Counted from the first letter of the stretch, positions 1 through 9,032 are shown. The stretch is 64,000 nucleotides of DNA from a virus (IMGVR_UViG_3300028602_000002:1-64000), one strand, 5' to 3'. Numbers and translations: made by a program. Notes: a model not told the origin generated them from the letters alone.

Positions 1-92
1 TCTCTCATTTCTGTACATTCGATTGGATATCCATTACAATCTAATAAAAAAATCCTCCCACTATTTAAGTAATAAACATTTTTCAATTTCAT
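1..92 (-). CDS. 5' part of a gene running off the window (MKLKNVYYLNSGRIFLLDCNGYPIECTEMR...)
   Basis: ATG at 92-90, RBS GGAGGA at 107-102 and its own promoter at 154-126; open to the window edge. Confidence 0.7.
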   Translation of the reverse strand, partial: MKLKNVYYLNSGRIFLLDCNGYPIECTEMR

Positions 93-125
93 TGTGGAGA
101 ATCCTCCTTTTTATTTCTTATATAT

Positions 126-154
126 ATTATAACATGAAACACAAGGATTGTCAA
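126..154 (-). promoter_or_regulatory. sigmaA-type promoter, divergent from the one at 259
   Basis: TTGACA-17-TATAAT with extended TG on the minus strand. Confidence 0.85.
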
Positions 155-258
155 GAAGTATTTCAAAGAAAATTTTTCCTGTTAAAAAAAGGGAATGACG
201 GAAAAACAGCGACAGTGAAGCTGAAAAACGTATAATAGTAAACATAATAAACATGGAC

Positions 259-287
259 TTGACAAATCTCAAAACTTATGATATAAT
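259..287 (+). promoter_or_regulatory. sigmaA-type promoter
   Basis: TTGACA-17-TATAAT, extended TG, followed by ATATATAG. Confidence 0.9.
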
Positions 288-532
288 ATATATAGACCAT
301 AAAGAAAGGGGTAAATTGATATGGAAGTATCGACATTATTAGATAAAATATACAAAAGTTCTGTGGATAATATTTAAGAGCGAAAATATTAAAAGATTAT
401 ATTAACTCTTTAATTAAAATAAAAAACAAATATGAATTAACTAAAGAAAAGATTGAGATACTTAGATATGAATGGGAAAAAGAAAGTATTTATTCTGAAA
501 AAGAACATAGTATAGACTCTAATTTAGAATGG

Positions 533-844
533 ATGTTTAAAAAAGTTGAATTACAAAAGAGAGAAGAAAGAAGATTAATGAGATGGGTAACTGATTTATT
601 ATCTAATAAATATGTTAACTGTGTTTATTGTGGTCATCGTTATGGACCAACAGATACAACTCCAACTTCAATGAGTGAAATTTTAACTGAACACATTAAA
701 CATTGTGAACATCATCCTTTAAATAGTGCTATAGAAGTAATAAAACAGCTGCTACCAACAGCTCAATTTTCTTGTGGTACATGTGAAAATATTAATGATG
801 CCATTAAAAGGTTAGTAAAGGTTCAAGTTGTCCTTCCGCAATAG
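533..844 (+). CDS. hypothetical Cys/His (zinc-binding) protein, probably 5'-frameshifted
   Basis: CxxC and HxxxCxxH motifs; the frame is open back to about 370 and an RBS+ATG lies at 321 in another frame. Confidence 0.55.
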   Translation: MFKKVELQKREERRLMRWVTDLLSNKYVNCVYCGHRYGPTDTTPTSMSEILTEHIKHCEHHPLNSAIEVIKQLLPTAQFSCGTCENINDAIKRLVKVQVVLPQ

Positions 845-999
845 GAATAGTTTTAGATAGATACTTTAAAGAAAAAGAAGGAAATGATGAAATTAAAAAA
901 GACATTGGAAGTAATTTATGCCCCGATTGTGGAGAAGAGTTAATTATGACTTCAAGTTGTGTTTCATGTGTATTTTGTGGTTTTAGTAAATGCGATTAA
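808..999 (+). pseudogene. nrdJ: C-terminal relic of class II ribonucleotide reductase (TSCPD/zinc-ribbon tail)
   Basis: frame reads VSKGSSCPSAIGIVLDRY...LCPDCGEELIMTSSCVSCVFCGFSKCD*, preceded by an in-frame stop at 805-807; lies just upstream of the dUTPase. Confidence 0.65.
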
Positions 1000-1011
1000 A
1001 AGGAGAAAATT

Positions 1012-1431
1012 ATGGAAAAAATAATAAATAAACTTAAAAATTACCAAAATAATGAATCTGTGGATAAACTGCATATCTTATTTGATTTACAAAAAACGTT
1101 TGATGATTATATTAAAGAAAAAAGAAATCTAGATTATTCTGATATAGAAAAATGGATAAGAAAAATGTGTATAGCTATAATTACAGAAGCATGTGAATTA
1201 AACGATACGTGCAATTGGAAGTGGTGGAAAAATAAAAAAGACATTGATTGGAATAATGTAGTAGAGGAGGTGATTGACCTTTGGCACTTTTTGTTAAGTT
1301 TGAGTATTAAAATTGGGTTAACTCCAGAAGATTTAATAAATGAATATATCCAAAAAAACATTGAAAATTATAATAGGCAATTGGGAAATTCTGAAAGAGA
1401 TGGATATCAATATAATCGTAGTAAATTATAA
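1012..1431 (+). CDS. dimeric all-alpha dUTPase (dUTPase_2 family)
   Basis: EACEL, WKWWK, EEVIDLWHFLLS and KNIENYNRQ motifs; RBS GGAG. Confidence 0.9.
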   Translation: MEKIINKLKNYQNNESVDKLHILFDLQKTFDDYIKEKRNLDYSDIEKWIRKMCIAIITEACELNDTCNWKWWKNKKDIDWNNVVEEVIDLWHFLLSLSIKIGLTPEDLINEYIQKNIENYNRQLGNSERDGYQYNRSKL

Positions 1432-1676
1432 TTTGGAGGTTCATAATATGCTTAAATGTTTTACTCCCTATATTTACTACAGAGAAATATTAAATAACCC
1501 CAAAAAGATTAAGTGTGATTTTAAAGATAAAGAACTTAAAAACATAAGTGATGAAGAAAAACGAAATTGTAAACATTTTAAATCTTATACAGATATCAAA
1601 AAAATGTATTAACAAAATAAAAATATAATAGTAAAATATATTATGGTGTTAGAAAATAAAATTTGGAGGTATTGAT

Positions 1677-2081
1677 TTGAGAAAAATGTATATTTGTGAA
1701 AAATGTGGTAAAAATTTTTGTGGTGAAGATGAATGCACAAATTATGAAAAGGCGTGTGCTAAAGAATATACTTTTACGTGTTTCAAATGTGGGAAAATAA
1801 TTAAGTGGAATAGTGATGATATTGATAGCTCCATTATAAAAAATCAATGTCATATCATAGATTTAGGTCGTGGAGGTTATGGTAGCAAATTAGATGGTTG
1901 TGATATTTCTTTTGGATTGTGTGATGTGTGTTTAAATACGTTTGTAGAATCATTTAAGTTAAGAGAAAATATATATAATTCTGGCAGTAATGTAAATTAT
2001 AACTTTTATTTAGAAGAAGATCAATTAAACGAAGAGGAAAATAAAGATTGGGAAGATGATATGATCGATCATGATAATTAA
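1677..2081 (+). CDS. hypothetical Cys-rich zinc-finger protein
   Basis: several CxxC motifs, RBS GGAGG, TTG start. Confidence 0.7.
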   Translation: MRKMYICEKCGKNFCGEDECTNYEKACAKEYTFTCFKCGKIIKWNSDDIDSSIIKNQCHIIDLGRGGYGSKLDGCDISFGLCDVCLNTFVESFKLRENIYNSGSNVNYNFYLEEDQLNEEENKDWEDDMIDHDN

Positions 2082-2289
2082 ATGTATAAAATATAAATGT
2101 GGGCATTATTTTTCAAGCGATATAGTTACTAAATGTCAGTTGACAGATGAATATATTGAAAATGAAAAATGCGTAGGGATTAATAAAATTAAACCTAAAA
2201 TAGAAAATATTGCTAGTAAGATTTCTAAATTAATTGATGAATATAGTAAATTAATAAAACTAGAAGGATATATTAAGAATAACCAATGA
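2071..2289 (+). CDS. hypothetical protein
   Basis: overlaps neighbouring ORFs in an operon-like string. Confidence 0.6.
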   Translation: MIIKCIKYKCGHYFSSDIVTKCQLTDEYIENEKCVGINKIKPKIENIASKISKLIDEYSKLIKLEGYIKNNQ

Positions 2290-2924
2290 GCAAATTAATT
2301 AAATCAATTTCATATAACCAATCAGAAATAATTAAAAATATACTTATACTTCATGTGCCACAAGGTTACATTGATTGTGACCCTACATATTCTAAGGGTA
2401 ATTTTTATAAAAACACAGGCATCCAAGAACCAAAATATAGGTTTGATATAAAACCACAATTTACTTACATTATTCAAGCAAATGCGGAGGATCTACCATT
2501 ACAAAATGATAGCATTAATTGTTTAATATTTGATCCTCCATTTCTTAGTACTACTGGAAAAAGTTTAAAAGGAGATGATGACAACAATAAAATAAATAAA
2601 CGCTTTGGTGTATATCCAACAGAAAAAGAGTTGCACCGATTTTACATTAATGCCATGAAAGAGTTTTATAGGGTATTAAATAATAAGGGGATTTTGATAT
2701 TTAAGTGCCAAGATAAAGTAAGTTCTGGTAAACAATATATGACCCATGTGTTTATATATAATGAAGCGGTGAAAATAGGGTATTACCCTAAAGACTTATT
2801 CATATTGCTTGCCAAAAACAGAATTGTAGCAGATTGGCAATTAAAAAATCAAAAACATGCAAGAAAGTTTCATAGTTATTTTTGGGTGTTTCAAAAGATT
2901 AATAAAATAATAGAATACATATAA
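2286..2924 (+). CDS. orphan DNA amino-methyltransferase (m6A/m4C type)
   Basis: DPTYSKG SAM-binding region and FDPPF catalytic motif. Confidence 0.85.
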   Translation: MSKLIKSISYNQSEIIKNILILHVPQGYIDCDPTYSKGNFYKNTGIQEPKYRFDIKPQFTYIIQANAEDLPLQNDSINCLIFDPPFLSTTGKSLKGDDDNNKINKRFGVYPTEKELHRFYINAMKEFYRVLNNKGILIFKCQDKVSSGKQYMTHVFIYNEAVKIGYYPKDLFILLAKNRIVADWQLKNQKHARKFHSYFWVFQKINKIIEYI

Positions 2925-2928
2925 GGAG

Positions 2929-3126
2929 ATGGACAATATGTTATCTTTAGAATTTCAAAAAGAAGTTCGCAATCAATTTTATACAATGGCATTCCTCGTA
3001 TCAGCATATAAAGGATTTAATGAAAAGGCTATGGAATATGAGAGAATTGGTGATATTAAGGAGTATCAAAAGTGGAGCAATATTGCAAATGCAATTTATG
3101 AATTAATAAAAGAAAGGAAAATGTAA
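2929..3126 (+). CDS. hypothetical protein
   Basis: RBS and ORF in gene string. Confidence 0.5.
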   Translation: MDNMLSLEFQKEVRNQFYTMAFLVSAYKGFNEKAMEYERIGDIKEYQKWSNIANAIYELIKERKM

Positions 3127-3129
3127 AAT

Positions 3130-3372
3130 ATGATATTTGATACATTACAGTTTGTTGGTGGTTTAATCTTATCTTTTGGATATATACCTCAAATAGTTCA
3201 AATTATAAAAACCAATGTTTTGGAAAGTAAAGGAAATAGTAATGATATATTAAAAGAGTGGTCACAAAAATACAACATACATAATTTAAACGTCAAATAT
3301 GGCAATGCAAATTACCAAAGAAAAGAAAAAGACGATAGTACCACAAAAGAAGTTTTAATTACGAATTATTAA
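3130..3372 (+). pseudogene. deletion chimera: PQ-loop/SemiSWEET N-terminus fused to a Dam-type methylase C-terminus
   Basis: GGLILSFGYIPQIVQIIKT joined to NVLESKG...YGNANYQRK...KEVLITNY. Confidence 0.65.
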
Positions 3373-3429
3373 AACAAACTATGCGTTTAGATCAAATTTA
3401 GATTCTATTAAAATAAAAGGAGAGAAAAT

Positions 3430-3717
3430 ATGTTTAAAGAAGCAATAGAATTAACTCAAGAAAAATTAAACAAACTAAATAATGAATTGAATCAATTAAA
3501 ATTACATATAAAAGAAAAAGAAAAAGATATAGAACGCACAAAAGAAATTATAAAAGAACTGAAAATAATGCAGGGAAATTATGATCGTGAAAACTATAAT
3601 CTTTCCACTCAAAAAGGTATATGTCCTTTTCCTGACCAATGTAATGAAAAAGATTTTTGCACATCTGGTTGTCATGCAGATGTTTGTAGTAATGGGTTTA
3701 CATATAGAATGAGTTAA
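3430..3717 (+). CDS. hypothetical coiled-coil protein with Cys-rich tail
   Basis: RBS and heptad-rich N-terminal half. Confidence 0.6.
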   Translation: MFKEAIELTQEKLNKLNNELNQLKLHIKEKEKDIERTKEIIKELKIMQGNYDRENYNLSTQKGICPFPDQCNEKDFCTSGCHADVCSNGFTYRMS

Positions 3718-3969
3718 GAAAGGATTAAAATAATGTTCAATAAATTTTGTTTAGATATTTGTCCTTATGGTCAAGAAGAACTTTACCCAGAAAAAGAGTT
3801 TTGTAAGATATTAGACTACATAGAAGAACCTGAAGAATGCCCAGTAGTTTTATATTCAGATTATCTGAGTAGTAAACTAAATTGTCCGTTTTGCGGTAAT
3901 AGAAAGTAAATATAAAGAAAAATTAAAATCAAACTGTTCTTTTGTATTAATTTAAAAAAGGAGAATAAA

Positions 3970-4206
3970 ATGCTTAAAATAGGAGATAAAGTTAAATTTA
4001 ATATTGCAACATTTGAAAGAATAAATTAGATAGGTTTAAAACCAGATGAAAATATAAACGGAAAAGATTATGAAGCATACATTAAAGCTAATATAGATAC
4101 AGAATTTAAAATTTTAAAAATAGATGATGAATACTCACCATACGTAATTGATGATGAATTTTTAAAGAGTACATCTTTTGAAGAATATGAACTAATTAAA
4201 ATTTGA
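3970..4206 (+). pseudogene. small gene (MLKIGDKVKF...) interrupted by an in-frame TAG
   Basis: RBS+ATG at 3970, TAG at 4027-4029, frame continues to TGA at 4206. Confidence 0.5.
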
Positions 4207-4222
4207 TAAAAAGGAGTATTAT

Positions 4223-4384
4223 ATGAATAACAAATGGCATCTCTATATATCATTTATTAAATCTTTTATCAGAATTGCAGGATGTTTAATTGCACTTTAC
4301 AATAATAGTTGGACGTATATAGCATTAGGAATAGCAGTTGCAGAGATATTTGGATTAGCAGAAGAATTAAAAGATGATAGATGA
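4223..4384 (+). CDS. 53-aa membrane protein, paralogue of 31252-31413
   Basis: shared SFIKSFIR.xGC...AExFGxxEExKD.R pattern and identical length. Confidence 0.8.
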   Translation: MNNKWHLYISFIKSFIRIAGCLIALYNNSWTYIALGIAVAEIFGLAEELKDDR

Positions 4385-4412
4385 AAACAAAAAAATAATA
4401 TAGGAGTTATAA

Positions 4413-4745
4413 ATGCTTAAAATCTATACATCTCAATATCGTTATAGTGGCAAAAATCGTTTAGATATTACTGTTAAAAGTGGAAATAAAATATTTGCAC
4501 CTACTTGGAATATAGTAAGTAAATTCAAAAAAGGTTTAATGACAAAAGAAGAATATACTAAAGAGTATTATAATTTAATGAGAAAATCTTATAAAGAAAA
4601 CAGAAATAGATGGGATGAATTACTAAACCAAGATGAAGTAGTGTTAGTTTGCTTTTGTAGAGCAGAAAATTTTTGTCATAGATATATACTTGCAGAGATA
4701 TTGGTCAAATTGGGAGCAGAATATAAAGGAGAAATTAATCCTTGA
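4413..4745 (+). CDS. DUF488-like protein
   Basis: FAPTW, Y.KEY and VVLVCFC...CHRYILA motifs. Confidence 0.75.
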   Translation: MLKIYTSQYRYSGKNRLDITVKSGNKIFAPTWNIVSKFKKGLMTKEEYTKEYYNLMRKSYKENRNRWDELLNQDEVVLVCFCRAENFCHRYILAEILVKLGAEYKGEINP

Positions 4746-4770
4746 CAAATTGCTAATATAATAGTATAAT
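4742..4770 (+). promoter_or_regulatory. sigmaA-type promoter
   Basis: TTGACA-17-TATAAT. Confidence 0.8.
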
Positions 4771-4786
4771 AAAAAGGGTGATAAAA

Positions 4787-4995
4787 ATAGCTCAATTATT
4801 TTTTCGCTATTCAACTATGGGGGCAGGTAAAAGTCTTGAAATATTCCGCATAGCAGACAATTTTTAAATAAAAGGCAGGTGATGCAACTTATAGTCATTG
4901 TAGATACATATGGTATTCCAGTAATTTGCTACGGCTTGAAAAATGATTTTAAGAATGAACTTTTTGAAGGAAGTAAATATTTACTTTTATCCTAA
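4787..4995 (+). pseudogene. tdk: thymidine kinase relic
   Basis: AQLFFRYSTMGAGKS (P-loop) then a stop; second fragment [24 protein letters not shown] aligns with the intact tdk at 32 kb. Confidence 0.85.
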
Positions 4996-4999
4996 TCGC

Positions 5000-5135
5000 C
5001 AAGAACACTCCCACTTCTAAGTGTAGCGAAAGTGGGAGATGAATTGGTGACTGTTGACAAAACAGTGCATTAATAATAGAGAGGCGGTGAAATACTTGAA
5101 AACTATATTAAAAGCATATAAGTATCGTATATTTG
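5000..5135 (+). mobile_element. IS200/IS605-family end hairpin plus TnpB N-terminal remnant
   Basis: hairpin CTCCCACTT(5008-5016)/AAGTGGGAG(5030-5038); RBS+TTG at 5096 gives MKTILKAYKYRI, typical of a TnpB start. Confidence 0.6.
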
Positions 5136-5183
5136 CTTCCAATGTAATAATTATAATCAATGGAGATTAAAGGAGGAAATTAA

Positions 5184-5567
5184 ATGTACGATTACACAAT
5201 TAGGAATATTAATCTAAATCTTCCTCTAGCTCATACATTAGGAATAGATGTTGCTATAGTTTATTCAGTTTTACAAGCATTTAATAATAGTGCTGAATCA
5301 GCTGATGATTTTTTTTCTGCTACATTTGAAGACCTATCTATATTTACAGCACTAGGTAAGAATAGAATAAATAAAGTGATCCAATTACTAGAAGAATTAT
5401 CTTTAATACAAACTGATATTAGAGGTATGCCAAGAAGATTACATATCAAGTTGAACAGTGACAATGAAGCTCTTAGTAAACTACACAATGTAATGGAAGA
5501 AGGCGAACAAAAGATAGGTGAAGCAATAGAAAAAAGAAAATTAAAAATTCAAGAATATTATATGTAA
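5184..5567 (+). CDS. winged-helix protein, replication-initiator/replisome-organiser-like
   Basis: LAHTLG...FFSAT..DL...LIQT..RGMP pattern; paralogue of the next gene. Confidence 0.65.
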   Translation: MYDYTIRNINLNLPLAHTLGIDVAIVYSVLQAFNNSAESADDFFSATFEDLSIFTALGKNRINKVIQLLEELSLIQTDIRGMPRRLHIKLNSDNEALSKLHNVMEEGEQKIGEAIEKRKLKIQEYYM

Positions 5568-5582
5568 GGCGGTGAAGCAGCT

Positions 5583-6065
5583 TTGGCAATAAATGAAAAT
5601 CTTCATCCCTGGCTTGAGAACGCTGCAACCGCTGGTTTTGTTATGTTGCCAAAAAGCTTAGCTCATGAGTTAGGAGTTGAAGCCGCTGTACTACTTAGTG
5701 AAATATTACAAAGAGAAAATTACTTTAACTCAAGAGGTATGTTAACCAAAGATGGTTTCTTTTTTAATACTAATAAAGATATGAGTTCAGGAACTGGATT
5801 ATCAGAGAGAAGTTTGAAAAGATTATATGATATATTGCAAAAGAAAGGATTAATTGAAATACAATTGAGAGGGATGCCTAAGAGAACACATATTAGAATT
5901 TGTTATGAAAATAAAGATTTCTTTGAAGAAGTAGTAGAAAAAGGAGAGCATAAACTTTTTGAAAAAGAAAGTCAAGTTAGAGTAACCCAAACAACAGGCG
6001 GTGTTATTGGTAAACAGATTAGAGAGAAACAGCAAAAGAAAATGGGTAGTTCAAACGACTTCTAA
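5583..6065 (+). CDS. winged-helix protein, replication-initiator-like (tandem paralogue)
   Basis: LAHELG...GFFFNT..DM...TGLS...LIEI..RGMPKR. Confidence 0.7.
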   Translation: MAINENLHPWLENAATAGFVMLPKSLAHELGVEAAVLLSEILQRENYFNSRGMLTKDGFFFNTNKDMSSGTGLSERSLKRLYDILQKKGLIEIQLRGMPKRTHIRICYENKDFFEEVVEKGEHKLFEKESQVRVTQTTGGVIGKQIREKQQKKMGSSNDF

Positions 6066-6116
6066 GGAGGGTGAAACATGTGTGATATAGAAGTTTTATT
6101 AGAGTAAAAGAAATTA

Positions 6117-6299
6117 ATGAATAGTATAAAACAAATAGAGGCAGGTTATACTAAAAGTATTCGAAAGAATATAGAGTTTCACACACTTTTATCAGAGATT
6201 GAATATGAAATTGAACAGCTAATTGATAAAGATAATATTGATAAAGAAGAGTTAATAGAATTAAAAAATAAAATTAATCAAAAATTATTAAAAGGATAG
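6117..6299 (+). CDS. hypothetical protein
   Basis: ORF in gene string. Confidence 0.45.
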   Translation: MNSIKQIEAGYTKSIRKNIEFHTLLSEIEYEIEQLIDKDNIDKEELIELKNKINQKLLKG

Positions 6300-6309
6300 G
6301 AGAGTTGAT

Positions 6310-6495
6310 ATGTACTCTTGTTCTGAGAAGATACGTTTTGATAGTGAAGCAGCGGCTAAAGCTTGTATATTAGATACCTTCCTAATAAAATGTAAAGTAT
6401 ATAAGTGTAATGAATGTGGTGGCTGGCATATAGGAAGAGTTAATGCTTTTAGTGAATGGAAAGAAAGAGAAAGAAAAGAAAAAGAATTTAAATAA
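6310..6495 (+). CDS. small zinc-binding protein
   Basis: YKCNECGGWH motif, RBS GGAG. Confidence 0.65.
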   Translation: MYSCSEKIRFDSEAAAKACILDTFLIKCKVYKCNECGGWHIGRVNAFSEWKERERKEKEFK

Positions 6496-6572
6496 CCAGT
6501 ATAACACATAAACGCATAAAAGAAGAATTCTTTATTGTTATACAATTATGTGTTTAGAACACATGTCAGTGT

Positions 6573-6610
6573 GCGTTTGTACAACACACATGTACGCGTT
6601 GGTACAACAC
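6573..6610. repeat. two direct 15-bp repeats GCGTT(T/G)GTACAACAC; an inverted near-copy lies at 19712
   Basis: copies at 6573-6587 and 6596-6610. Confidence 0.75.
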
Positions 6611-6768
6611 TGATAATAATAAAAATAATAATAAAAAGAATAAAAAATAAGGAGTGTTTGTGATGCTTATTTTACGCATCAGTATAGCTGCAATTCTTAT
6701 CCTTTCTATTATATATATCTTTTCCCGCTAAGATTAATCTCTATACAAATTCTTCTAAAAGGTTTCTC

Positions 6769-6797
6769 TTGACAAAACTACATTTTCATGATATAAT
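6769..6797 (+). promoter_or_regulatory. sigmaA-type promoter
   Basis: TTGACA-17-TATAAT followed by ATATATAG. Confidence 0.9.
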
Positions 6798-6828
6798 ATA
6801 TATAGAAAGTGAGAAAAGGAGGATTCAC

Positions 6829-7023
6829 ATGAAAGAAGCTGCGGTATTAGAATTTCCCTCTTGTGACTTTTGCAAGACTGGTTCTAATATTGAAAAAGAG
6901 GCATCTTATGATGGAGTTACAGTATTTGGGAAATGGGCTTTTATGTGTGATTATCACTTTGAAAGATATGGTGTAGGATTAGGTCTCGGAGTTGGTCAGA
7001 AGCTAACTTTGAAAGGAGAATAA
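6829..7023 (+). CDS. hypothetical phage protein
   Basis: RBS AGGAGG; CDFC...YDG...WAFMC..H...GVGLG.G.GQ pattern. Confidence 0.75.
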   Translation: MKEAAVLEFPSCDFCKTGSNIEKEASYDGVTVFGKWAFMCDYHFERYGVGLGLGVGQKLTLKGE

Positions 7024-7258
7024 TCCATGAGAGATGTATTGTTCGCACTGGGTTGTTTACTGTTTGCTTTTGCTTATTGCTATATTAGACTAACTTTTTT
7101 ATAGGAGGATATTATGAAAAAGAATCCAGGTAGAAAAGAAAGGCGTAGATTAAGTAGGTTAGGAAAAAGAGCAGAAGGTAGGAAAAAGATGAGAATGAAT
7201 GAATGGCAAGATAAAAAAGATAAACAATTAACAAATCAATTATAATTAAAAATAATAC

Positions 7259-7287
7259 TTGACAAATTTCAATTTCTATGGTATAAT
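7259..7287 (+). promoter_or_regulatory. sigmaA-type promoter of the tRNA cluster
   Basis: TTGACA-17-TATAAT followed by ATATATAG. Confidence 0.9.
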
Positions 7288-7312
7288 ATATATAGTTGAA
7301 AAAGAAGAATAT

Positions 7313-7336
7313 GGCGGGTTCGTATAATGGCTAGTA
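7313..7336 (+). pseudogene. 5' fragment of a tRNA gene (acceptor 5' strand and D-arm only)
   Basis: GGCGGGT TC GTATAATGGCTAGTA, then the GIY-YIG leader. Confidence 0.5.
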
Positions 7337-7364
7337 ATTTATTTTTTATGAAAGGATATTTACT

Positions 7365-8012
7365 ATGGGATTCATTTATAGAATTACTAATAAAATAAAC
7401 AATAAAAGTTATATTGGTAAAACTGAAACAAATATTGAAACAAGATTTAAAGAGCATATTAAAGAGAGTAAGAGAGAAAGAAGTAAAAATAGACCTTTGT
7501 ATGCAGCGATAAAAAAATATGGAATTGAAAATTTTAAAATCGAGTTAATTGAAGAGATAGTAGATAATCTTGAAGAAAGAGAAATGCATTATATACAAAA
7601 GTATGATACTTATGGCTCAACTGGATATAATGCAACTATAGGTGGTGATAGTAAAAGATATTTAAATTATGATGCTATTGTAAATTGCTATCATCAAGAA
7701 CAGAACATTACTAAGGTAGCCAACCTTATGAGGTGTGATAGAAAAACAGTTGGCAATATTTTAAGACAAAATAATGTTATTACTACATCTTCAGGAGGCA
7801 TGACTCGCAAAAAATTAGGAAAACCTGTTAAACAATACTCTTTAAAAGGAGAATATATAGCAACATATCCTTCAACTGGAGAAGCTGCTTTTATTTTATT
7901 TCAAAATAGAGATAAGCGAAAACATATTGCTGCTTGTGCTAGTAATATTCGTAAAACAGCATATGGTTATAAATGGAAGTATTGCATAACAAATGATGAT
8001 TTGGCCCCTTAG
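7365..8012 (+). CDS. GIY-YIG homing endonuclease with HTH and NUMOD1-type domains
   Basis: GFIYRITN...YIGKT, GYN.T.GG and TAYGYKWKY motifs. Confidence 0.9.
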   Translation: MGFIYRITNKINNKSYIGKTETNIETRFKEHIKESKRERSKNRPLYAAIKKYGIENFKIELIEEIVDNLEEREMHYIQKYDTYGSTGYNATIGGDSKRYLNYDAIVNCYHQEQNITKVANLMRCDRKTVGNILRQNNVITTSSGGMTRKKLGKPVKQYSLKGEYIATYPSTGEAAFILFQNRDKRKHIAACASNIRKTAYGYKWKYCITNDDLAP

Positions 8013-8079
8013 TCTAATTGGTAAGGACACTAGCCTTTCAAGCTGGTATTGTTGGGTTCAAATCCCACAGGGGTCACCA
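8003..8079 (+). tRNA. tRNA-Glu(TTC)
   Basis: cloverleaf, anticodon loop CTTTCAA, encoded CCA. Confidence 0.95.
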
Positions 8080-8091
8080 AGAAAACAAAAT

Positions 8092-8177
8092 GGGCGGGTG
8101 TTGGAATGGTATACATAACAGACTTAAAATCTGTTGCCTGTAAGGGATTGAGGGTTCGAATCCCTCTCCGCCCACCA
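8092..8177 (+). tRNA. tRNA-Leu(TAA)
   Basis: loop CTTAAAA, long variable arm, CCA. Confidence 0.95.
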
Positions 8178-8208
8178 AATATTTTTAGTAAATGAAAGGA
8201 GTATAGTT

Positions 8209-8622
8209 ATGTTACCTGTAAATCCAGCATTTAGATCACATGTAGCTGTTATAGATCAAATAATGCGAGACTATTTTAATGGCTTTGCTGAAGTTAAACA
8301 GATTGAGGTTATAGACTTAGAAGATGGCATTGAGAAAGTAATTTTCAATGATCCAGCAACTATTGTTATCTTCAAAGATGGCACTAAAATTGTTGTTAAG
8401 ACAACTGATGGTGATGAATTTCAGCCTGAAATAGGTTTTGCTATGGCTATGATGAAAGCTGTTTTTGGTAGTCGTGGTTCTTACAAGAAGTGGATTAAGC
8501 AATGGTTACCACAGGGAGAAGAAGATGATTATGATTTTGCAGTAAAACCATTTATTTCCCCTTCAATGGAAGACATTGGTAAAGAAACTCAATTAAGTTT
8601 ACCAAGAGAAAAGCGGGCATAG
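8209..8622 (+). CDS. conserved phage hypothetical protein
   Basis: IEKVIFNDPATIVIFKDGTK motif; stop lies inside tRNA-Gly. Confidence 0.8.
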   Translation: MLPVNPAFRSHVAVIDQIMRDYFNGFAEVKQIEVIDLEDGIEKVIFNDPATIVIFKDGTKIVVKTTDGDEFQPEIGFAMAMMKAVFGSRGSYKKWIKQWLPQGEEDDYDFAVKPFISPSMEDIGKETQLSLPREKRA

Positions 8623-8686
8623 TTTAAAGGTAAAATCTCTGGCTTCCAACCAGATTATAAGGGTTCGATTCCCTTTGTCCGCCCCA
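8613..8686 (+). tRNA. tRNA-Gly(TCC)
   Basis: loop CTTCCAA, T-arm, CCA. Confidence 0.95.
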
Positions 8687-8688
8687 AT

Positions 8689-8766
8689 AGCGGGATGGAG
8701 CAGTCAGGTCAGCTCGTCAGATTCATATTCTGAAGGTCGTGGGTTCGAATCCCACTCCCGCGACCA
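8689..8766 (+). tRNA. tRNA-Met(CAT), initiator-like acceptor end
   Basis: loop TTCATAT, unpaired 1:72, CCA. Confidence 0.9.
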
Positions 8767-8814
8767 AGAAAATTAGGAGGATTTTCCTCAATCAATTATA
8801 TGGAGGCGATTTTT

Positions 8815-8955
8815 ATGGAAAAGTTAAAAGAATTAGTTGATCAAGCTGTTGAAGAAGCAGAAAAATTAGAAGAGGTTGCTTTTGCTAGACATATACAACA
8901 TACTTTAAAAAGAGCACAGGATTTTATCCAAAGAGTTTTAGAAAGACAAGAATAA
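8815..8955 (+). CDS. 46-aa hypothetical protein
   Basis: RBS GGAGG; ends flush with tRNA-Thr. Confidence 0.6.
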   Translation: MEKLKELVDQAVEEAEKLEEVAFARHIQHTLKRAQDFIQRVLERQE

Positions 8956-9032
8956 GCTGGGCTAGCTCAATTTGGTAGAGCAGGGCTCTTGTAAAGCTCA
9001 GGTTAGGGGTTCGATGCCTCTGCCCAGCGCCA
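8956..9032 (+). tRNA. tRNA-Thr(TGT)
   Basis: loop CTTGTAA, CCA. Confidence 0.95.
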
